Assembly: GCF_006345805.1 (NCBI RefSeq)
Contig: NC_043011.1
Location: forward strand, 13,652,464-13,716,463
Length of the DNA stretch: 64,000 nucleotides
Origin: Octopus sinensis
Lineage: Eukaryota
Direction: 5' to 3'
Shown one piece after another: positions 53,911 through 64,000 of the stretch. How positions within the stretch are numbered: position 1 is the first letter of the stretch; each line of letters begins with the position of its first letter. Position numbers and translations under genes: made by a program. A model generated the notes under the pieces. That model made no database searches. It saw only the letters and a program-made list of their open reading frames with translations, and was not told the DNA's origin.

Positions 53911-53926
53911 TAACAAATCAGGTAGT

Positions 53927-54110
53927 AGCGTAGGAGTGGCTGTGTGGTAAGTAGCTTGTTTACCAACCACATGGTTCCTGGTTCAGTCCCACTGCGTGGC
54001 ACCTTGGGCAAGTGTCTTCTACTATAGCCTCGGATCGACCAAAGCCTTGTGAGTGGATTTGGTAGACGGAAACTGGAAGAAGCCCGTCGTATATATGTAT
54101 ATATATATAT
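53927..54110 (+). mobile_element. SINE family A 5' half (interrupted by a Penelope-like insertion)
   Basis: Ends in the internal (TA)n; the 3' half resumes at ~58290. Confidence 0.85.
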
Positions 54111-57100
54111 ACCCGCCGACAAGACTGGGAACTGGTATAGGCTAGACTACCAAACCTACAAATCGCTCATCATGAGGGAACTTAGCAAAAAATATAAAAC
54201 TACTTCTACGGATAACCTTAAGGAAATTAACTACAAAATCAAGGAAGTTATGAGCAAATTAGACCTCCTGGACAGAACAGAACCTATTAAACCACAAGTA
54301 CCCAAAATTACTATTAAAGACCATAAGATAGACTTCCCGGATAATGTAGGAGTACGATTAATCTGTTCGACTAAATCGGATATCGGCAGACTTAGCAAGA
54401 CTATCCTGGACTATCCCACGCATCAAACCCCACATCCCACTCCAACTATGGATTAACACCGACGATGTGCTAGAATGGTTTAACACTATCACCAATAGGC
54501 CCAACTACTCATTCATCCAATTCGACATAGCTAGCTACTACGCCAGTATATCCCCATCTTACTTAACAAATCCCTTATATTTGCCCGCAACCTTTCACTC
54601 ATAGACAGAGAAAAAATTGACATAATACTATTAGCTAGAAAAACCATAATAGAATTCGACGGTAGACTCTGGACCAGATCCGATACCCCCGACAATTTTG
54701 ATGTGGCTATGGGCTCGAGCGATTCAGCTCAGGTGACTGACTTGGTCGGGGCCTACCTGCTCAAGAAGCTTTTCTCCGAGGTACCGGATCTTCAGGGGGG
54801 TCTATACAGAGACGACGCTCTCTTCATATACCCCACCAACAATAGGAGTAAACTAGAAAGAATTAGGAAAAGATCAGGCTTTTTTTCAAATCCTTCAATC
54901 TTAAACTAGAATTTATGACCAATACTAAAATAGTAAACTTCTTAGATGTTACGTTAGACTTGAATAAGCACCTTCACCACCCGTATAGGAAACCCGAAGA
55001 AACTACCAAATACATCCATACCTCTTCCAACCATCCACCTGTATAATTAGCACCACGGTCCAAGCCATCTCAGACAGACTTACAAAACTATCCTCTAATA
55101 AAGAAATTTTCAATAATCACGCACAACACTACAACCAGGCTCTCTATAGTGCCGGTATAACCAGAGAATATCATATGTAGACCACCCGGGAGCGTCCGTC
55201 GGCCATAAAACTCCCAATTATAATCGAACTCAGCACTCAACTCACACTAGCGATAATTCTAATTTAAACTCCAAACAACGTATAGGAAATAGGCGAACTA
55301 ATAGAATAGCACACAATAGTAACCCTCCCGACGAGAGCAATATAGATCCTATTAGGAGAAATAGAAGGGATAATAGTAGATTACGCAAATATATATGGTT
55401 CAACATACCTTACAACTTAGCAGTTAGGGGTAAGTTATGTAAGAGAATATTCTCTATCATTTCCAACAACTTCCCACCCACCCATAAGTATAGAAGTATC
55501 TTCTCCAACAAAACCATTAGGATTTCCTACTCTACCCTGCCCAACATGAGCTGCCTCATAGCTAAACATAACTATATTAATATTGGAACAGCTAGATCAA
55601 GAGCAAACTATAGCGACCAACAGAACCCCCCTCATCTAGATAGTAGACAATATAACCAGACCGGCAGCCATACTACCCAAACAGTTAGTAATAACACCCG
55701 CCAACACAACAGAGGAAATACTACACCCATCAACAACCAGGAGGATATCAACGCCCCCACTCGTATTGCAACACCTCCGCCTGGGATTAGCAGCACACGA
55801 CCGAATAACGCAATGCAATGCAACTGCTGATGTGCATCAGAGTGCCCGCTACAGGGCGCATGTAGGGCGAAAAACGTAATATATTCATGTGAGGTGAGTA
55901 CCCAGTTTAACACACTCACCTACATAGGTTGCTCAACCTCCTGAAAATCCAGATACTACAACCACCGGTCCTCGCTGAAACACAGACATAAGGCTAACAG
56001 CACCTCCCTTTCTAAAAGAATTTGGGAATTAAAAGACAAATGCATAGGCTTCAAACTCAGGTGGTCCATCATCGGATCAGCTGCACCTTATTTAAATAAT
56101 AGAGCAGGATGCCAACTATGTTGTGTAGAACTCCTGAACATCTTGAAATTCAAAGACAAACACAATCTTATTAACAAAAGGTCAGAGTTCAAACCATCCT
56201 GTATACACAAACTTATTAATACTTTCAAATACTACAAAGCTTAGGTTATTATACCAACTCCCCCATGCAATTTCCTCCCACCCGGTGCAACCTGTCGGCT
56301 CCAGCACATCCCGCTTTCCTATATGTGCGTGTATATGCGTATATGTGTGCGTGTATATGCGTATATGTGTGCGTGTATATATATGTATGTGCACATATGT
56401 GTACGTATATGTATATATATATGTGCGTGTGTGTGTGTGTGTGTGGGTGTGTGTATGTGCATATATGTTTCCCTGCATTTTCCTCCTATATATACAAATT
56501 TTGTCTCCCATATATGACTTCTTTTCCCTACATATTTCTTCTACACCCATATCCTTCCTATATAGTCTCTTTATTTCCCTATATCTATACCCTTTCACAT
56601 TTCTAACTCGGATGTTGAACGCACACCGCCAAACTCCACTTCCCACCCTTCCAATTTTCAGTTCCCCCCGCCCGCCCCTACGTGGGCACCTTTAACACAC
56701 ACCTCTAACTTTCAACCACCTTCATCTCATGTTAAACTTTACCAAATTATTTTTTATTTTATTTTATTTTATTTTATTTTTACTTTTTTTTACTTTTATT
56801 CTACTTCGATTTATTCGCATTTTTATTTTCATCCCTTACCTTAACTCTTATAATTTTTATAATTTTTATATTTCATTTCTAACTTTTACATTGTATTTCT
56901 TATTTTATACTGTATTTCTTACTTTTATTTCTAATTTTTACCCTTACCCTCATTCTTACCCCTAACTTATCGCTTTATATCTCTATATATGTCTATTTTT
57001 TTTGCTTATCCCTTATTTACTTACCTATGGATCCACTTTATGATTATACGAGCGTCCGTGTACGTATGTATACGTATACATATATGTACATATGTACGAG

Positions 57101-58288
57101 TAAACATCTACGTCTGGATGTACATACCCCGTATTTCTTTTTCTTATATTCATATGTTTACACCTATTTGCATACGTGTATGTAAGTGTATATGTGCACG
57201 CACATATGGACACACAGCCGTGTGTGCGTGCACGTGTAGACGTGAGTGCGTGATTCTTTACATACGTTCTTATATACATCCTTTAATATCTTATATCCAG
57301 ACCTGGAAGCGTGGGCATATGCGTATGTGTATGTAGGGATGGGCGCACGTATGTACATATGGGTGTGTACACGTATAATGTCCGTGTATACATGCGGATA
57401 TTCTGTTGTATGTATGTATGTGTACGCGCGTGCGTGTGGGTGTGTGTGTGTTTATGCACATGTTTACACGCGAGTGCGTGTGTATGCTTATAGGCTTGGA
57501 GGCGTATATGTACGCGTGTATATGGGTGTATGTATCCATGATGGTATGTATGTACTAGATGACCAATTAATTCAAAGAACCAGATTAAACGCTCAACAGC
57601 TCTGATTTACAACACATTAGGTCCCCAGACGAAACGTTGTTGATTATGACAACCAAAACTTCTACAACTAAATTTTATCAATCTCCTGACCACCATGTTT
57701 GGTCCGTAACCTCTATACATCCCTTATCTTTATATTTTTTTACATTTTTATCATGTTTATTCCTATTTTTATTTTTTTACTTTTTACTTTTATTTCTATT
57801 TCTATTTTTACTTTATAACCTTATGCCTTTACATTTGTTTATATTTCTTTATATTTCTTTATATTCTTTACATCTCCTTATATCCCTTTATATCTTTATA
57901 CTCTACATTTTTATATTTTTCTATACTTACACTTTTTATACACTTTTTATCCCTCGTCCTGAATTCTCGCCCCTCCATCTTCACGTCTATATATGTATTT
58001 ATTTATTTACATTACTTCAACATCCAAATTTCCTCAATCTACATTGAGAGAGGAAAGAGATGGACGCTTCAATTCTATGCTGCTGCCGCATTATGTCGTA
58101 CGCGAATGAGAGGATTTGCATCCCCAACCAAGAATTTTTGATGTAACACATGTCCTTGTGGAAGCTGTTGTGCGCGGCTGAAGAAGGCCACAGACATACA
58201 TTATGCATTGTTATAAATCTGTCTAATAAAGGCCCGAAACATATGTACCGCTGAATCCTTCGCATCATGTTTTTATTTTGATCAATTT
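54111..58288 (+). mobile_element. 5'-truncated Penelope-like retroelement (RT + GIY-YIG; Naiad-like motifs) with long 3' UTR
   Basis: ADKT, FDIASYYASI, MGSSDSAQVTDLVG, GLYRDD, VNFLDVTLDL, SSNHPP, CNC*CASECPLQGAC, NVIY...YIG, CQLC, LINKRSE; several frameshifts; ORF ends ~56244. Confidence 0.93.
58174..58251 (+). ncRNA. Type I hammerhead ribozyme at the 3' end of the Penelope-like element
   Basis: gcgg-CUGAAGA-aggcc...ggccc-GAAAC-atat-GUA-ccgc; predicted cleavage after 58247. Confidence 0.8.
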
Positions 58289-58289
58289 A

Positions 58290-58535
58290 TATATATATAT
58301 ATGCGTGTGTGTGTTTGTGTGTCTGTGTTTGTCCCCCTAGCATTGCTTGACAACCGATGCTGGTGTGTTTATGTCCCCGTTACTTAGCGGTTCGGCAAAA
58401 AAAGAGACCGATAGAATAAGTACTGGACTTACAAAAGAATAAGTCCCGGGGTCGAGTTGCGCGATTAAAGGCGGTGCTCCAGCATGGCCGCAGTCAAATG
58501 ACTGAAACATGTAAAAGAGTAAAAGAGTAAAGAGA
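58290..58535 (+). mobile_element. SINE family A 3' half
   Basis: (TA)n(TG)n, tttgtccccctagcattgcttg, (gtaaaaga)n tail. Confidence 0.88.
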
Positions 58536-59051
58536 GAGCTAATTGGGCTGGTCAGTGATTCCCCCATCCTCGGTACAACCCGGTTCTGATACCCTGCGAC
58601 TTGCACCTACTCAGTCCGATGAAAGAAAGCTTTCAGGGATTTGATTATACACATGACGTGAAAGTAGCTGTGAAGAAGTGGGTACAACAGTGAGTACTTT
58701 AAGTTTCCAAAGGAGAATCGAGTGTTGGGTTCAATGATGTCACAGGTGCAACGCTTGCAATGGAAACTATGTTGAGTTGTATGTTCGTATCGCAGAAGAA
58801 TTACTCTGGCAACGTGTGCAATTTAAACGGACAATGTCAGTTAATATAAATGATAGCCCCACTTTTGCATTCCTTTCATGACAACATTCATGTGTTGTAT
58901 GAGCGTCTGTGTGTATGTACCAGTCTCTCTCTTGCTTCTCTCTCTCTTTTTCTATTTCTTTCCGTGCGTGTGTGTATGTGTGTGCGTGCATGTGTGTGTG
59001 TGTGTATATATGTTGTATGTATGTATGTTTGTATATGTATGTATGTATGTA

Positions 59052-59176
<125 letters not shown>

Positions 59177-59239
59177 ATATGTATTTATGTATGTATATAA
59201 TATATATAACTTAGATAACTTAAATTGGTTTCGGCCATT

Positions 59240-59860
59240 ATCGGCCCAGGCCATGACTAACTCAATAGCACCACCTGGTCTTTTAGTTAATTATTTCGGG
59301 ACACAATGGACCACCCAAGCAGAGAGTTGTTGGTACAGGTGGTTTATCCGGTATTTCCAGGTGGAATTTGTTCAGGTACTGTTTGAAAGTTGTGGAGTAT
59401 TTTTCTACTTTAATTTCTTTCGGGATAACATTGAAAAGTGAAGGACCATTTGCAGTGAAGAAATTGTGTCGCAATGTTCTTGTGTGATGTGATCTCGACC
59501 TAGTCTTGGGTGAATTGTAAACATAATACCGATATCATTTGGTTAATATTGGTGGAATATTTTCCACGTGGTGCAAATAATGTATCGCTCACGGTGACGT
59601 TGCAGAGAATAGAGTTTCAGGTGTTTAAGTCGAGCTCAATAATCGAGTCCCATCATGCCATTTATTTATTATTTTTTTTTTAGTGATTGATCTTTGTGGC
59701 GTTTCGATCCTCATTATGTCTTGTTTTTTGTAGGGGGCAGCAGTATTCGAAGTGGGGCCTAGAGAATGTAGAGAAGAGAAGGATGATGGTTTCCTGATCC
59801 CTAGAATGAAAAGTTCTGAGGATCTATTAGCACATTCTCCGGGCAATATCGACTTTTTTG
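59240..59860 (-). pseudogene. CR1/L2-group LINE ORF2 3' end
   Basis: RHNFFTANGPSLFNVIPKEIK...FKQYLNKFHLEIPDKP. Confidence 0.7.
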
Positions 59861-59867
59861 ACCCAAG

Positions 59868-59908
<41 letters not shown>

Positions 59909-59925
59909 TGTGTGTGTGTGTGTGT

Positions 59926-59978
<53 letters not shown>

Positions 59979-60249
59979 TGACAGAATGAGATAAAAAAAT
60001 CCAAGGCTGTAAATAGTTTTCAGGACATTTATAAATCTTCTGAAAACTATTTACGACCTTAGATTTTGTATCTCATTCTGTCAAATTATATATATACATA
60101 CTAATACATGACGCACGTGGACTCCTTATTCGTATCATTATCGAACCTGGAGCTTAACCATGGTCTATTCATAGCACTTACTTAGCGTTACCCGACATCT
60201 TTTGGGTCTTCTTGACACCAAAACCTCTCATACCCTCGATATACATATG

Positions 60250-60288
<39 letters not shown>

Positions 60289-60290
<2 letters not shown>

Positions 60291-60521
60291 TCTTTTACTC
60301 TTTTATTCTTTTACTTGTTTCAGTCATTTGACTGCGGCCATGCTGGAGCACCGCCTTTAATCGAGCAACTCGACCCCGGGACTTATTCTTTTTGTAAGCC
60401 CAGTACTTATTCTATCGGTCACTTTTTGCCGAACCGCTAAGTAACGGGGACATAAACACACCAGCATCGGTTGTCAAGCAATGCTAGGGGGACAAACACA
60501 GACACACAAACACACACACGC

Positions 60522-60558
<37 letters not shown>

Positions 60559-60724
60559 TACGACGGGCTTCTTTCAGTTTCCGTCTACCAAATCCACTCA
60601 CAAGGCTTTGGTCGGCCCGAGGCTATAGGAGAAGACACTTGCCCAAGGTGCCACGCAGTGGGACTGAACCCAGAACCATGTGGTTGGTAAACAAGCTACT
60701 TACCACACAGCCACTCCTGCGCCT
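60289..60724 (-). mobile_element. SINE family A, full length
   Basis: Complete consensus match. Confidence 0.9.
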
Positions 60725-61079
60725 ATATATATAATTGTTAAAGAGGACAACAAACGCAAAGGCAAGACAAATATCTCAAGTCATATACGTTATTATTATT
60801 GGAAAAATTTTAAAGTCTGTTTTAAAGCTGTTTCTGGGATATCCTAAAATATGGAATATTCCGTCATCAGAGACAAATAATAATTAGCAATTATATGTCC
60901 GTTATATCGGAAATCTAAAATGGTTCCATAATTCCCGTCTCGGCTATGGGCTTGGAGCTTTGATGATTCGTTACAGTACTTACGCATTGTACTTAGTCGT
61001 TTAGATCACCTGTGAACTAAAAACCCTTTTTTTTTTACAATTATATATATATATATATATACTATATATATATATATAT

Positions 61080-61351
61080 ACGATGGGTTTTTCTCAGTTT
61101 CCATCTACCAAATCCACTCACAAGTCTTGGACGTTCCGAGGCTTTAGGAGAAGGCACTTGCCCAAGGTGCCATGCAGTGACACTGAACCCGGAACTATGT
61201 TGTTGGAAAGCAAGCTTCTTACCACACAGTCACGCCTACGCCTATTAAAATGTTGTCAGTAGGTGGTTACGGGTATCGACCTCTGTACCCCTCAGATACT
61301 GGCTGACTACTCTACCACTAAGCTAAACAGTCCCTCACAAACACACACACA

Positions 61352-61397
<46 letters not shown>

Positions 61398-61596
61398 CAC
61401 ACCACACACACACACACGCACACATACACACATGACAGACTTCTTTCAGTTTCCGTCTACCAAATCAACTCACAGGGCTTTGGTCGACCCACGGCTATAC
61501 TAGAAGACACTTGCCCAAAGTGTCATGTTAGTGGGACTGAACCCGGAACCATGTGTTTGGAAAGCAAGCTTTTTTCCATACAGCCACACCTGCGCC
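61080..61596 (-). mobile_element. Two SINE family A 5' halves
   Basis: Copies at 61080-61245 and 61432-61596. Confidence 0.8.
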
Positions 61597-62033
61597 CAAG
61601 TCAATAAATTTTAACTAACATTTTAACTAATCTTTAGAGACGAGAACAATCATTATTTAAATGATTAGTAAGATCTTTAGCACTATGTTAGCAATTTCAA
61701 GCATGTTTCGTTATTAGAAACAATGGTTCCTTTCTTAAGCTTTGCAGTCATTCATCGTTCAGTCTCAAAAACCTTGTATATCTCTCTCGCCACTCAGTTT
61801 TTCAGTTACAGCTATACGGCACTTCACTGATTAGCACAAATAATACTGAAACATGTCAACTGTATCGCTAGAGATCATATTAAATTTCAAGATTGCCTTC
61901 TATTTTTTAAACATAATTTAGCCATTTAGATAATTATAGTTTCCATCTCCAAGGGTATAATTTTCATTCATTAACATTTCTTAGCTTACTTTACCAAGTA
62001 TATTTGTGATTACATACACAGATATACATACAT

Positions 62034-62076
<43 letters not shown>

Positions 62077-62427
62077 CTTGGAAGAAGACGCGTGGCGTTC
62101 AATCATATAATAGCAATTTAATAAATAAAACATATGCATACATACATATATGTACATACCTACATCTATATGTATATATACATGCATATATGGGTACAGA
62201 ACACCACAAAAAAAAACGTAGAACACAACGAGAAACGAAAACATAAAAACAAAAAACATGGAAACGGACTTTTTTTAACAACGAAAAAACAGAGTACAAG
62301 ACGAACAACACAAGGAACATTCCCCTTCTTCAGCTGCCCCTGTTTCGACTCATTGCGTGTTTCGAAGGTAATGTAGGTATGTACATATATCTATGCATGT
62401 ATGCATATGTTTTATTTATTAAATTGT

Positions 62428-62501
<74 letters not shown>

Positions 62502-62548
62502 TGAATTGAAGAAATGGAGCTGAACGAAGATTGAACAGAAATCGTTTT

Positions 62549-62639
62549 ATTTCATTCTACACGTGTTTCGAAAGGCACAATTTACCAAAATCCGATTGAA
62601 TAATGAGACCATATTGTGTCTTTCTCTTCAGGAAGAAAT
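62549..62639 (-). ncRNA. Type I hammerhead ribozyme with extended stem II
   Basis: Minus strand: atttcttc-CUGAAGA-gaaagacacaat...attgtgcctttc-GAAAC-acgt-GUA-gaatgaaat. Confidence 0.8.
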
Positions 62640-62747
62640 AGGAAATCCGTTGGAAAAAACAAAAACAGAAGAGAGGCGGAGCAAAACAAATCGAACTAGG
62701 CTCCTAAGAGCCCATGGCAAAACCATTTCACATAATATATATATATA

Positions 62748-62922
62748 TGAGTGGCTGTGTGGTAAGTAGCTTGTTTACCAACCACATGGTTCCGGATTCA
62801 GTCCCACTGCGTGGCACCTTGGGCAAGTGTCTTCTACTATAGCCTCGGGCCGACCAAAGCCTTGTGAGTGGATTTGGTAGACGGAAACTGAAAGAAGCCC
62901 GTCGTATACATATATGTGTGTG

Positions 62923-62972
<50 letters not shown>

Positions 62973-63185
62973 GTGTGCGTGTGTGTGCGTGTTTGTCCCC
63001 CTAGCATTGCTTGGCAACCGATGCTGGTGTGTCTATGTCCCCGTCACTTAGCGGTTCGGCAAAAGAGACCGTTAGAATAAGTACTGGGCTTACAAAGAAT
63101 AAGTCCCGGGGTCGAGTTGCTCGTTAAAGGCGGTGCTCCAGCATGGCTGCAGTCAAATGGCTGAAACAAGTAAAAGAGTAAAAGA
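62748..63185 (+). mobile_element. SINE family A
   Basis: Consensus match. Confidence 0.88.
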
Positions 63186-63204
63186 TATATATATATATAT
63201 ATAT

Positions 63205-63936
63205 AATTTCAACAATTGAGGGTAAAATTAATTAATTAATCAATTTCACCAAGTATTCAGTATGCAAAGGGACCATTTAAGGCGAATTCAAATTATTACA
63301 TTATATAAAAGGGCTTAGTAAAATAAATTACTTTGCCGCATACTGAACTCATTAGAAATAGCAGCTAAAAAAACTTTTTTAAAACTATTTCTAATACTTA
63401 AAGAAAACCTCTCTCATATAGTGTTTGCTCAATTCAACTCACGAAAGTATGGGGGTAGAGACATTAAAAAATCAAATGCAAAGGTTATTTGAGAACGTAC
63501 GTTTCAAGATTAGTCAAACTCGACACTTCTATCATCAGCTCAGAACTCCCTGGTTTGGATTTGAAAACACTGAAAGTGGGCGCATACCCTTTCGGCTTCT
63601 TATCGCTTCTGAAGATCTGCTCGAAACTAACAGTGCCAGCAAACTCAAAAATGCAAATAACCTTTGCATTTGATTTTTTAATGTCTCTACCCCCATACTT
63701 TCGTGAGTTGAATTGAGCAAACACTATATGAGAGAGGTTTTCTTTAAGTATTAGAAATAGTTTTAAAAAAGTTTTTTTAGCTGCTATTTCTAATGAGGTC
63801 AGTATGCGGCAAGTAATTTTTACTTAGCCTTTTATATACTGTAATAATTGAATTCGCTCTTCTTAATGGTCCCTTTGCATACTGAATACTTGGTGAAATT
63901 GATTAATTAATTAATTTTACCTCAATTGTTGAAATT
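63205..63936. repeat. Fold-back element with ~285-bp inverted arms and ~160-bp spacer
   Basis: 63205-63491 is inverted at 63654-63936. Confidence 0.9.
63490..63542 (-). ncRNA. Type I hammerhead ribozyme
   Basis: Minus strand: tgag-CUGAUGA-tagaagtgtcgagtttgactaatctt-GAAAC-gtac-GUU-ctca. Confidence 0.72.
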
Positions 63937-64000
63937 TTTATCTATTATAATTTATTAATATATTTTAATGCATCCCATTCAAATCACAGTATATACACTG

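Noticed and set aside
55828-55830. In-frame TGA in the PLE Cys-rich motif as selenocysteine (reported for some Naiad elements)
   Set aside because: It follows CNC at a position usually Arg, so CGA>TGA decay is simpler; the copy has other disablements and I see no SECIS downstream. A family consensus retaining TGA would reopen this.

Overview
AT-rich, microsatellite-dense eukaryotic DNA, almost certainly cephalopod (Octopus-like; inferred from the SINE families, not from a search). I found no host protein-coding exon, and most ORF-track entries are translated microsatellites. The window is mostly mobile-element debris: three tRNA-derived SINE families in many copies, GG-terminated MITEs with 8-bp TSDs and internal TTAGGG repeats, a hAT MITE, maT/mariner and MULE relics, Tx1/L1, CR1-like and R4/NeSL-type LINE fragments, a 4.2-kb 5'-truncated Penelope-like element (RT + GIY-YIG) and a second GIY-YIG fragment. 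The most interesting layer is RNA-structural. Several different minimal type I hammerhead ribozyme motifs with palindromic stem III occur, most at the centre of fold-back insertions. They include a 352-nt ribozyme-bearing repeat unit resembling a non-LTR retrozyme/circRNA template (47676-49465) and a family with a compensatory G3-C8 core. All folds were done by eye and need computational and biochemical confirmation. Coordinates of degraded elements are approximate.
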